Both the position numbers and the translations under genes were made by a program. DNA of 64,000 nt, from the NCBI GenBank assembly GCA_015067675.1, contig SVMB01000001.1, positions 65,757-129,756 on the forward strand. Reading direction: 5' to 3'. This document shows, piece by piece, positions 55,658-63,986 of this stretch (positions are counted from its first letter, which is position 1; each line of letters opens with the position of its first letter). Below the pieces are notes generated by a model that saw nothing but the letters and a program-made list of their open reading frames with translations, did not search any database and was not told the DNA's origin. The DNA comes from Oscillospiraceae bacterium (GTDB taxonomy: Bacteria; Bacillota; Clostridia; Oscillospirales; QAMX01).

Positions 55658-56158
55658 ATGGAATACAGCGTAGGCGACGTTTTGGACGGAAAGGTGACCG
55701 GTATCACCAAATTTGGCGCTTTTGTGAGCATTGGAGAGGGCAGATCCGGACTTGTACATATTTCGGAGATTGCCAATACCTTTGTGCGCGAGGTGCGCGA
55801 GCACCTGACGGAGGGACAGGAGGTTCGGGTCAAGATCATCGGCATCGATGAGGCGGGCCGTATCAACCTGTCTATTAAGAAAGCGCTTCCGCCTCCCGAA
55901 ACGGCTCAGAACGCTCCCCGGACGTATGCGCCCCGTGAGAATACCGAGCGCCGCGGCCCTGCGGAATACACGCCCAGGCCTCAGTCTGCGCGTTCCGGCG
56001 GCCCTAGAGAGTTTAATGGTGCTGCCTATACCCAGTCGGGTGACGCCGATTTTGAGGATAAGCTCAAGAACTTCATGCAGGATTCCAATTCCCGCATGGC
56101 AGACCTGAAGCTTTCCGACCGCAAGGGAAGCTCCCGCCGCGGCCGTCAGCGCGGCTGA
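55658..56158 (+). CDS. S1 RNA-binding domain protein (YabR-like) with an Arg/Pro-rich tail
   Basis: VGDVLDGKVTGITKFGAFVSIGEGRSGLVHISEIANTFV...GQEVRVKIIGIDEAGRINLSIK. The start is uncertain: ATG 55658 lies 14 nt after AGGAGG, and the track start is TTG 55616. Confidence 0.75.
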   Translation: MEYSVGDVLDGKVTGITKFGAFVSIGEGRSGLVHISEIANTFVREVREHLTEGQEVRVKIIGIDEAGRINLSIKKALPPPETAQNAPRTYAPRENTERRGPAEYTPRPQSARSGGPREFNGAAYTQSGDADFEDKLKNFMQDSNSRMADLKLSDRKGSSRRGRQRG

Positions 56159-56171
56159 TAAATTTATCATC

Positions 56172-56276
56172 AAAAAAAGAGACGCCCGGGGGAGAAATCT
56201 CCCGGGCGTCTTGAGTAAAGGGAATTGGGGATAAAAGATATGAACGGCTGCGCAGGACGCCGAAGCGTTCCTGCAG
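56172..56276 (-). ncRNA. Candidate small RNA (orphan transcription unit)
   Basis: Reading the minus strand: an extended -10 element TGcTATACT (56290-56282); a 5' hairpin GCAGGAACGC-UUCG-GCGUCCUGC (56274-56252); a ~40-nt unpaired region containing AUCCCCAAUUCCCUUU; then the terminator GACGCCCGGGAG-AUUU-CUCCCCCGGGCGUC followed by U7 (56178-56172). There is no ATG in this strand. Confidence 0.4.
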
Positions 56277-56372
56277 GTATGAGTATAGCATACACAACGC
56301 GCATAATGCGTCGAAGCCTGATGCCCAAAACAAACTCTTCAAAAAACGGATGGCACAAACAGCAAAAAACCA

Positions 56373-56401
56373 TTGCATAAGAGCCGGGTTTCTGTTAAAC
56401 T
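56373..56401 (+). promoter_or_regulatory. Putative sigma-A promoter of the GNAT gene
   Basis: TTGCAT-17 nt-TAAACT, 40 nt upstream of ATG 56441. Confidence 0.35.
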
Positions 56402-56440
56402 AAACAGAGTACACAGGATCGTCGGAAAGGATGAAGTGAC

Positions 56441-57610
56441 ATGGCAGCTGAACTTGTCCACCTCACGTCTGCGGATTACGAAGACGCGATGGATTTTATG
56501 GATCTGGTATTCTCACAGGCGCACAGACCCCATGACTTTGCAGATCTCATGCCCACGGCCTGTCGTCCGGAAGAGGAATATATGCGCCGCAATCTTGCCA
56601 TCAAGCGCGACGGTAAGATCCGGGCTCTGGTGCTCTGCTCTCCCTGCGAGGTCAGCGTTGCCGGCAATACCCTGAAGATGGCCGGAATCGGCAATGTGTC
56701 TACCCATAAGCGTGAGGGCGGTCAGGGCCTGATGAAGCAGCTGATGCATCAGGCGATTGCCGAAATGCAGGAAGACGGTATTGATTTTTCGGGGCTGGGC
56801 GGTCAGCGTCAGCGCTATCAGTACTACGGCTACGACCGCTGCGGCATGAAATATGCCTATTCCCTGACAGCACGCAATCTCAAGCATATCAATTATCCCG
56901 TGCCGGACTGGCATTTTGAACCCATTACGGCGGAGTCGGATGCATGGCTTGCGACGGCGAAGGCGCTTTATGAGCAGCAGCCGCTGCACTGCAGCCGCGG
57001 CGACGGAACTCTCGACGCGGTTTACCGCTACCTGACCTGCTGGAACATCGTTCCCTATGCCTGCCTCGATGCGGAGGGGAAGATGGTGGGATACATCTGC
57101 GTGACGGCGGACGGCACCTCCTGCTCCGAACTGATTGCCGACACCCCGGCGCACACGGTGGACATGCTGGTTGCCTGGACTGCGCTGAAAGGCGTCAGCC
57201 AGATATCGCTGGGGATTCATCCCTGGCAGACCGAGATCTGCAGACGTCTGGATCTCATCTGCGATAATATCTCGCTGCATCCCGATCACCAGTACCGCAT
57301 CTTTAACTGGGATCGGGTCGTGAAAGCCTTTATGGATCTGAAGGCTACTTACGTTTCGCTCATGGACGGCGAGCTGGTGCTTGAGATTGCGGAGTGGGGG
57401 AGACTCGCCATTGCGGTGAAGGACGGCAGGGCAAGCTGTGAAAAGACGGAACGTGCCGCCGATCTCAGCCTCACGGCGTTTGAGGCCAATCGCCTGGTCT
57501 TTGGCCCGAAGCCTGCCTATTATACCGCCGATCTCCCGGCAGAGAAAAATGCCATGATTACCAACTGGTTCCCGCTGCCGCTGAGCTGGTGGCATCAGGA
57601 CTGCGTATAA
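56441..57610 (+). CDS. Eis-like GNAT N-acetyltransferase (GNAT plus SCP2-like C-terminal domain)
   Basis: 389 aa. Acetyl-CoA loop region HKREGGQGLMKQLMHQAI. The overall length and domain order are typical of Eis/MbtK-like three-domain GNATs. Confidence 0.75.
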   Translation: MAAELVHLTSADYEDAMDFMDLVFSQAHRPHDFADLMPTACRPEEEYMRRNLAIKRDGKIRALVLCSPCEVSVAGNTLKMAGIGNVSTHKREGGQGLMKQLMHQAIAEMQEDGIDFSGLGGQRQRYQYYGYDRCGMKYAYSLTARNLKHINYPVPDWHFEPITAESDAWLATAKALYEQQPLHCSRGDGTLDAVYRYLTCWNIVPYACLDAEGKMVGYICVTADGTSCSELIADTPAHTVDMLVAWTALKGVSQISLGIHPWQTEICRRLDLICDNISLHPDHQYRIFNWDRVVKAFMDLKATYVSLMDGELVLEIAEWGRLAIAVKDGRASCEKTERAADLSLTAFEANRLVFGPKPAYYTADLPAEKNAMITNWFPLPLSWWHQDCV

Positions 57611-57623
57611 GGAAGGTACAAAT

Positions 57624-58130
57624 ATGAGTAAGTTTACCGAAATCACTCCTGCCGACATCACAGCCAATCCTTTTTCCATGATCGGCGATCAGTGGATGCT
57701 TATCACTGCCGAAAAGGAAGGCCGCGTCAATGCCATGACCGCCTCCTGGGGCGGCGTGGGCGTGCTGTGGGGAAAGAAGGTTGCCTATATTTTCATCCGT
57801 CCCCAGCGTTTCACCAAGGAATTTGTGGATGCGTCCGCGACGCTGTCTCTGTGCTTCATGCCGGAGTCTCAGCGGGCCAATCTCAAATATTTCGGCTCCG
57901 TTTCAGGTCGTGACGAAGATAAGGTTTCTAAAACCGGCCTGACGGTGTGCCATGACGGCGGGACGCCTTATTTTGGCGAGTCCGACTGCGTCATGATCTG
58001 CCGCAAGCTCTACAGCCAGACCCTGGATCCGGCCGGCTTTGTCGATCAGAGCATCGATGCCGCCTGCTACGGCGCAAAAGACTATCACGAGGTTTACGTC
58101 TGCGAGATCGAAAAGGTCTTGAAGGCCTAA
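57624..58130 (+). CDS. Flavin reductase-like FMN-binding split-barrel protein
   Basis: 168 aa. NAMTASWGGVGVLWGKKVAYIFIRPQRFT is the characteristic block. Confidence 0.85.
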   Translation: MSKFTEITPADITANPFSMIGDQWMLITAEKEGRVNAMTASWGGVGVLWGKKVAYIFIRPQRFTKEFVDASATLSLCFMPESQRANLKYFGSVSGRDEDKVSKTGLTVCHDGGTPYFGESDCVMICRKLYSQTLDPAGFVDQSIDAACYGAKDYHEVYVCEIEKVLKA

Positions 58131-58166
58131 TCTGCATACAATCTGAATTGTTTGGAGGATTTAATT

Positions 58167-59252
58167 ATGAGTAAGACTGTTCGTCTGGGCATCATCGGCT
58201 GCGGCGGTATCGGTACCGGCAAGCATCTGCCCGCCCTGTCCAAGGTGGAAGGCGTTGAGATCGTCGCGTTCTGCGATATCATCGTCGAACGTGCCGAAGA
58301 GGCCGCCAAGAAGTTCGGTACCCCCGACGCCAAGGTTTACGAGGACTACAAGGAGCTCCTCAAGGACGACTCTATCGAAGTCGTCCACGTCTGTACCCCC
58401 AACCGCTCCCATTCCTTCATCTCCATCGATGCGATGGAGGCCGGCAAGCACGTCATGTGCGAGAAGCCCATGGCCAAGACTTACGCCGAAGCCAAGGCTA
58501 TGCTCGAGGCTTCCAAGCGTACCGGCAAGAAGCTGACCATCGGCTATCAGAACCGCTATCGTCCCGACTCCCAGCACCTCAAGTGCGCCGCAGACCGCGG
58601 TGATCTGGGTGAGGTCTACTACGCCAAGGCGACCGCTATCCGCCGCCGCGCGGTGCCCACCTGGGGCGTGTTCCTCAACGAGTATGAGCAGGGCGGCGGT
58701 CCCCTCATCGATATCGGCACCCACGCGCTGGACCTGACCCTGTGGGAGATGAACAACTACGAGCCCGCCTACGTCGTCGGTACCACCTACCGCAAGCTGG
58801 CTGACCAGACCAACCAGGGCAATGCCTGGGGCAACTGGGACCCCGAGAAGTTCACCGTCGAAGATTCCGCTTTCGGCTTCATCGTCATGAAGAACGGCGC
58901 GACCATCATGCTGGAGTCCTCCTGGGCGCTCAACTACGCCGATCCCCGCGAAGCGGTCTGCACCCTCTGCGGCACAAAGGGCGGCGCTGACATGAACGAC
59001 GGCCTGCGTTTCAACTCCATCGACTTCAACCGTCAGGTCATGACCGTGCCGGATCTGAAGGCCGGCGGTGCGCAGTTCTTCGAAGGCAAGACTGCCGGTA
59101 CCCCTGCCGAAATCGAGGCCCAGCAGTGGATTGATGCCGTGCGCAACGACACCACTCCCTGCGTCCTGCCCGAGCAGGCGCTGTGCGTCACCCGCATCCT
59201 TGAGGCGATTTACGAGTCCGCCAAGACCGGCAAGCCCGTGTATTTCGATTAA
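58167..59252 (+). CDS. Gfo/Idh/MocA-family oxidoreductase
   Basis: Start at ATG 58167 after GGAGGA. VRLGIIGCGGIG Rossmann loop, the HVMCEKPMA (EKP) motif and a C-terminal dimerisation domain. Confidence 0.9.
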   Translation: MSKTVRLGIIGCGGIGTGKHLPALSKVEGVEIVAFCDIIVERAEEAAKKFGTPDAKVYEDYKELLKDDSIEVVHVCTPNRSHSFISIDAMEAGKHVMCEKPMAKTYAEAKAMLEASKRTGKKLTIGYQNRYRPDSQHLKCAADRGDLGEVYYAKATAIRRRAVPTWGVFLNEYEQGGGPLIDIGTHALDLTLWEMNNYEPAYVVGTTYRKLADQTNQGNAWGNWDPEKFTVEDSAFGFIVMKNGATIMLESSWALNYADPREAVCTLCGTKGGADMNDGLRFNSIDFNRQVMTVPDLKAGGAQFFEGKTAGTPAEIEAQQWIDAVRNDTTPCVLPEQALCVTRILEAIYESAKTGKPVYFD

Positions 59253-59264
59253 GTTAACATAACC

Positions 59265-60317
59265 ATGTTTGACATCATGGAAGCCACCCGTCCGATCTGG
59301 ACGGGAGATACCGTGTATGAGGAAAGCTTCATGCCGGTTGGCGAGCGTACTGTGGGTATGCTCTATCCCATGGACGAGATCATCCGCGTGACCGATGCCT
59401 GCCGCAGTGTCACCTTCCGTGAGGGGGAGGATTACCTCCTGCGGGACGGAAAGCTCCTGATCCCGGAGGGTTCGGCGATTGCCGTCATGCCTGAGTGTGA
59501 GTATCATCCGATGGAGAATATCCCGGAGCTCACTTCCGGACGCGGCTTTGCCCATAAGGACGGCGGATTCCTGCGCTTTGCCGAGGGCGGCGTGTTTCAT
59601 CAGATGCAGTACGTGATCACGTATCGCCATCACGGCGTGTGGGCTGGCCCGGCGGCGCCGTGTGACCCGGCAAAGCTGCCGCGTATCCGGTGCTTACTGC
59701 GTGAGGGAGAGCCGTTTCGGCTGGGCTACCTCGGTGACAGCATCTGCGCAGGCGCAAATGCCAGTGCACGATCCAATTTACCGCCATATACACCTATCTG
59801 GCCTGATATGGTTCACCGGCGTCTGGAACAGCTCTCAGGCTGTGATATTGCCTGTTCCAACTGTGCCGTGGGTGGTAAGCAGTCCTGCTGGGGTGTGGAG
59901 AATACCACGGAATTCTTCCGGGATTTCGTGCCGGATCTCTTTGTGATTGCATTTGGCATGAACGACGGGACTCGCGGCGTGGAACCGGGCATTGTCCGGG
60001 ACAATTACCGGGATATGGCAGAGCAGATCCGGGCAATTAACCCCAAATGCGAGTTTGTGTTTGTGTCTACGATGCTTCCCAATCCCTTGGCACCGCTTTT
60101 TTCAAAGACTCAAGCAGATCAGGAGCCGCTGCTGCGTGAACTGGCCGATGAGTACGGGGATCACGCGGCGCTGGCTCCCATGACGGCATTTCATCAGCAT
60201 CTGCTCACCAAAAAGCACTTCTATGACATGACCGGCAACAACGTTAACCATCCCAATGACTTTTTGATCCGTGTTTACGCACAAGTGGTGCTCAGCACGA
60301 TCATCGGTACTTTATAA
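59265..60317 (+). CDS. SGNH/GDSL-family hydrolase with an N-terminal beta-rich domain
   Basis: Block I YLGDSICAG, block III FGMNDG, and the NHPND-type C-terminal block (VNHPNDF). Confidence 0.8.
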   Translation: MFDIMEATRPIWTGDTVYEESFMPVGERTVGMLYPMDEIIRVTDACRSVTFREGEDYLLRDGKLLIPEGSAIAVMPECEYHPMENIPELTSGRGFAHKDGGFLRFAEGGVFHQMQYVITYRHHGVWAGPAAPCDPAKLPRIRCLLREGEPFRLGYLGDSICAGANASARSNLPPYTPIWPDMVHRRLEQLSGCDIACSNCAVGGKQSCWGVENTTEFFRDFVPDLFVIAFGMNDGTRGVEPGIVRDNYRDMAEQIRAINPKCEFVFVSTMLPNPLAPLFSKTQADQEPLLRELADEYGDHAALAPMTAFHQHLLTKKHFYDMTGNNVNHPNDFLIRVYAQVVLSTIIGTL

Positions 60318-60340
60318 AACCTGAAAGGAGAACAAATACC

Positions 60341-61306
60341 ATGAAACTGGGCGTTATGACTCCCGTCCTGTACGATATGGACTTTGCCTCCGCCGTTCGT
60401 TACCTGCACTCTCTGGGTGTGCAGACGGTGGAAGTGGGCGCCGGCGGCTGCCCCGGGAAGACCCATCTGGATCCCGACAAGCTCCTGGGCGACGATGCTG
60501 CCATCCAGGCCATCATCGACGTTCTCAAGGAGAACGACATGACCATCTGCGCGCTGTCCTGCCATGACAACGCCGTGCATCCCAACAAGGAATATGCCGC
60601 GCGCTCCCATGCGGACTTTGAAAAGACCGTGCTGCTGGCCGAGAAGCTGGGCGTAACCACCGTCATCACCTTCTCCGGCTGCCCCGGTGACAGCGAAAAC
60701 TCCCTGTATCCCAACTGGGTCACCTGCGCCTGGCCCCCGGATTATCTGACCATCCTTGACTACCAGTGGAACGAGGTTCTCATTCCTTACTGGAAGAAGG
60801 CTGCCGCTTTTGCCGAAGCCCATGGCATCAAGAAGATCGCCCTGGAGCTGCATCCCGGCTTCTGCTGCTACAATCCCGAGACGCTGCTGCGTCTGCGTGA
60901 GGCCGTTGGCCCCATCATCGGCGCAAACCTCGACCCGTCTCATCTCTTCTGGCAGGGAATTGATATTCCCACCGCCATCCGCAAGCTGGGCCCCGCCATC
61001 CATCACTTCCATGCCAAGGATACCAAGATCGATCCCGCCAATGCTTCCGCAGACGGCGTGCTGGATACCAAGCACTACGATCAGGAGCTCAAGCGTTCCT
61101 GGATCTTCCGTACCGTGGGCTACGGCCACGATGCGCAAACCTGGAAGGACATCATCTCCAACCTCCGTATGGTCGGTTACGACGGCCCCATCTCCATTGA
61201 GCATGAAGATAGCCTCATGAGCCCCAGAGAGGGTCTTTGCAAGGCCATCGAGTTCCTCAAGGAAGTCCTGATCTTCGAGAGCAAGGGCGAAATGTGGTGG
61301 GCATAA
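60341..61306 (+). CDS. Sugar phosphate isomerase/epimerase (xylose-isomerase-like TIM barrel)
   Basis: 321 aa. ALELHPG, HFHAKD, ISIEHED metal-ligand blocks. Confidence 0.85.
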   Translation: MKLGVMTPVLYDMDFASAVRYLHSLGVQTVEVGAGGCPGKTHLDPDKLLGDDAAIQAIIDVLKENDMTICALSCHDNAVHPNKEYAARSHADFEKTVLLAEKLGVTTVITFSGCPGDSENSLYPNWVTCAWPPDYLTILDYQWNEVLIPYWKKAAAFAEAHGIKKIALELHPGFCCYNPETLLRLREAVGPIIGANLDPSHLFWQGIDIPTAIRKLGPAIHHFHAKDTKIDPANASADGVLDTKHYDQELKRSWIFRTVGYGHDAQTWKDIISNLRMVGYDGPISIEHEDSLMSPREGLCKAIEFLKEVLIFESKGEMWWA

Positions 61307-61310
61307 TGTT

Positions 61311-61441
61311 CCATGACAACTATGTTGTCATGGAGTGAAATTGCGCAGGCTTTGCCTGCGCAGTGAAATCCATCCGAAGGATGGGTGAAATCGGAGCTTT
61401 GCTCCGGTGAGATTTACCGCACATTGCGGCAAGTGATAAAT
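61311..61441 (+). repeat. Array of five triloop hairpins separated by conserved GTGAAAT-type linkers
   Basis: H1 61311-61333 (10 bp, loop TAT), linker aGTGAAAT. H2 61342-61362 (9 bp, loop TTT), linker GTGAAAT. H3 61370-61384 (6 bp, loop GAA), linker GTGAAAT. H4 61392-61406 (6 bp, loop TTT), linker GTGAGAT. H5 61414-61432 (7 of 8 bp, loop CAT), linker GTGATAAAT. The SD AGGAG of the next gene follows. Confidence 0.6.
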
Positions 61442-61459
61442 AGGATAGGAGTTACGAAT

Positions 61460-62230
61460 ATGAAGAAAGTTTCTCTGCAGATGTATTCCATCCGTGAGCT
61501 GATGGCCAAGGACGTGGCCTCCACCCTGATGGAAACCGCCAAGGCCGGTTATACCGGTGTTGAATTTGCCGGTTTCTTTAACCATACCGCCGAGGAGATC
61601 AAGTCTTATCTGGACGCTGCCGGTCTTGTCTGCTCCGGTACCCATACCGGTCTGCCCGCTCTGCAGCCCGATACCATCGGCGAGACCATCGAGTATCATC
61701 ATAAGATCGGTGCCTCCAACCTCGTTGTTCCCGGTATCCCCGGTGAGATGTACGGCAGCTACGATGCCGCCTGCAAGACCGGTGCCCTGCTCAACGACAT
61801 CGGTGCCCAGCTGAAGGCTGAGGGCATCACCCTTGGTTATCATAACCATCACCGTGAGTTCCAGGTCTTCAACGGCCAGTATGCCCTTGACCTGATGTAC
61901 GGCAACGCCGATCCTGAGAACCTGAAGGTTGAGCTGGACTGCTACTGGGCCCATGTCGCCGGTGTCGACGTGGTCGAGTATGTCCGCAAGTACGGCAAGC
62001 GCAACTTCCTGCTGCACATGAAGGACCGCAAGCCCAACGACGCCGATAAGATCGCCCAGGGCATCTACGAGTGCACCGAGGTTGGTTCCGGTGTTGTGGA
62101 CTTCAAGTCCGTCATCGCCCTTGCCAAGGAATTTGGTACCCAGTGGTACGTCGTCGAGCAGGAGAGCTTTGATATGCCCATGCTCGAGAGCATTGCCAAG
62201 AGCGCCAAGTGGCTCAATGAAAACACCTGA
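61460..62230 (+). CDS. Sugar phosphate isomerase/epimerase (xylose-isomerase-like TIM barrel)
   Basis: Start at ATG 61460 after TAGGAG (MKKVSLQMYSIRE...). GYHNHHREF, LLHMKD, YVVEQE blocks. Confidence 0.85.
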   Translation: MKKVSLQMYSIRELMAKDVASTLMETAKAGYTGVEFAGFFNHTAEEIKSYLDAAGLVCSGTHTGLPALQPDTIGETIEYHHKIGASNLVVPGIPGEMYGSYDAACKTGALLNDIGAQLKAEGITLGYHNHHREFQVFNGQYALDLMYGNADPENLKVELDCYWAHVAGVDVVEYVRKYGKRNFLLHMKDRKPNDADKIAQGIYECTEVGSGVVDFKSVIALAKEFGTQWYVVEQESFDMPMLESIAKSAKWLNENT

Positions 62231-62281
62231 TTAGCCTGACAGAAGGGTACGCCGTAATGGCGGATGTTCATAAAACAGCTG

Positions 62282-62312
62282 CAGTCCCGGTTGCTCTGCC
62301 GGGACTGTTTTT
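62282..62312 (+). terminator. Intrinsic terminator
   Basis: CAGTCCCGG-8 nt-CCGGGACTG followed by TTTTT. Confidence 0.7.
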
Positions 62313-62504
62313 ATATATTTGACAACGATGCGATGGAATAGAAGAACCCGTTGGATCAACTGAAAGCCTCGACACGCCGGGATGGATTTGTCTGAATGGA
62401 AACGCAAAAGCCTTGCTGTCAGACAAGCCTGACAGCATCCTGCATACAATGACAGGCACGCGCGCTACATTTGCGGTATAATACCTACGAAGGGGATGAA
62501 TTTC

Positions 62505-63986
62505 ATGCAATGGCTTCACAGTATCAATAAGGCAATCGAATATATCGAAGAAAATCTGTGCGAAAACATCACGGTTGAAGATGTGGCTGCCCATGTGTAT
62601 TCTTCCTATTCCAATTTTGCACGCATCTTCTATCTGGTCACCGGCGTGACGCTGAGCGAATATATGCGCAATCGCCGTCTCAGCATGGCTGGGCGCGAAC
62701 TGCTGACGACCGATACAAAGGTCATCGATGTTGCGCTCAAATATCAATATGATACGCCGGAAAGCTTCTCAAAGGCCTTTTCCCGCTTCCATGGAATCGC
62801 ACCGTCTGAAGTGAAGAAAGGCAAAAGTGTGCTGGAATTCTTCCATCCCTTCACAATCAGCATTTCAGTGCAGGGAGGTTACAGCATGGCCAAGAAACTG
62901 ATTGATGAATTCCATTGGCGCGGAAACGTTTTGCGCAAGGACGAAAACATGAACGATCAGGAGCGGTATGACGAACTCATCAGCTGGGCGCGCAAGGCGC
63001 GAGGCAAGAACCCCAACGTATTCGACAAACTGACCGAGTGGCTGCTGGATGATATGGAATGGAGCGAGGAGCAGCTCGCTCAGAACCGACAAATCCTGAT
63101 GCAGGGCATTCTGGCTCGCTTCAAGGAACAGAACGCACAGCTGCGCATGAGTCTCCTTGAACTCCGCTCCACCGGTCTGGTAAACGAGGCGGTATTCAAG
63201 GCGCTTGATCGGTTCGACGAAGAGCTGTCCGGCGTTTCCATCGATCCAAACCTGAAGGACGTCGTGTCTCTCGTATTCAGCGATTTCTCCGTCATGCTGG
63301 ACAGAAAAATCAGAGAGGTAATCGCCGGCGACAAATCCGGTCCTGCAGGCGTGGATACCATCAGCTTCTATGGCTACATCAACTGCCTGAAGGACTGCGA
63401 TGCGCAGGTTCAGTGGTCGCTGTTCATGCCGGATACGGTCAAACGGCAGCAGAACGGCTTCATGGTGGAGAGTTTCGAATATATCAAGGCGCCAGCCATG
63501 CGCTTCATCGGCCGTGAAGGCGCAGACCTTGAGAATATCGAAAACCGCAGGAAGCTCTTTGCGGTACTGGACGGTATGAGCGGTTTCGCTTCCGACATTA
63601 AGACCGATATCCTGTTTCTGCACCATCACGGTCAGTGCGTGGACGTCGCCCCTTGGCACATGCTCTGGGGGCGCTTCATGCAGCCAAATACGCCCGTCCC
63701 AGAAGGGTTTGAGTACATTGATCTCGTTACCGAGAACGACGGCGGAACCGGCGTACCCTATCTGTCTCAGTACGCTTATACTTCCTTCACCGGCGATACA
63801 GAAGCCATGCACCGCGAGGAGGGCTACGACGTACACGGCATGTATGACATAACCCGTAACATCATCCTCGGGCAGGGCGTGATGATCCCCTATCCCCACA
63901 AATACTGGACTGCCGAGGTGTTCCTGAACGGCTGCGAAAAACCGGGTTCGGCATACATGTTCAGTGTTGATCTGGATGTACATTGA
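62505..63986 (+). CDS. AraC-family transcriptional regulator with a large C-terminal effector-binding region
   Basis: N-terminal HTH (INKAIEYIEENLCENITVEDVAAHVYSSYSNFARIFYLVTGVTLSEYMRNRRL...YDTPESFSKAFSRFHG), then about 380 aa of unknown sensor domain. ATG 62505 is preferred over 62496 on SD spacing. Confidence 0.8.
   Translation: MQWLHSINKAIEYIEENLCENITVEDVAAHVYSSYSNFARIFYLVTGVTLSEYMRNRRLSMAGRELLTTDTKVIDVALKYQYDTPESFSKAFSRFHGIAPSEVKKGKSVLEFFHPFTISISVQGGYSMAKKLIDEFHWRGNVLRKDENMNDQERYDELISWARKARGKNPNVFDKLTEWLLDDMEWSEEQLAQNRQILMQGILARFKEQNAQLRMSLLELRSTGLVNEAVFKALDRFDEELSGVSIDPNLKDVVSLVFSDFSVMLDRKIREVIAGDKSGPAGVDTISFYGYINCLKDCDAQVQWSLFMPDTVKRQQNGFMVESFEYIKAPAMRFIGREGADLENIENRRKLFAVLDGMSGFASDIKTDILFLHHHGQCVDVAPWHMLWGRFMQPNTPVPEGFEYIDLVTENDGGTGVPYLSQYAYTSFTGDTEAMHREEGYDVHGMYDITRNIILGQGVMIPYPHKYWTAEVFLNGCEKPGSAYMFSVDLDVH

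Noticed and set aside
56073-56380. A 101-aa minus-strand ORF (56073-56378) and a 46-codon plus-strand ORF (56240-56380) in the S1-gene/GNAT-gene spacer.
   Set aside because: The minus-strand ORF overlaps the 3' end of the S1-domain gene and runs through a terminator hairpin. The plus-strand mini-ORF has only a weak GGGG SD and a basic, featureless product. It is kept only as an alternative explanation in the sRNA finding.
58161-59633. The 490-aa minus-strand ORF, and similar ones at 47551-49122, 52229-53695 and 62865-63992.
   Set aside because: These are antisense to well-supported plus-strand genes (Gfo/Idh/MocA oxidoreductase, the HemZ-like gene, the MOP flippase and the AraC regulator). 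Their composition is typical of GC-rich antisense frames.
61311-61441. Whether the hairpin array is a CRISPR array, or a stack of terminators.
   Set aside because: The conserved unit is only 7 nt, and the variable units are self-complementary palindromes of 15-23 nt. There are no cas genes. No hairpin is followed by a U-tract. It is kept as an unexplained structured repeat instead.
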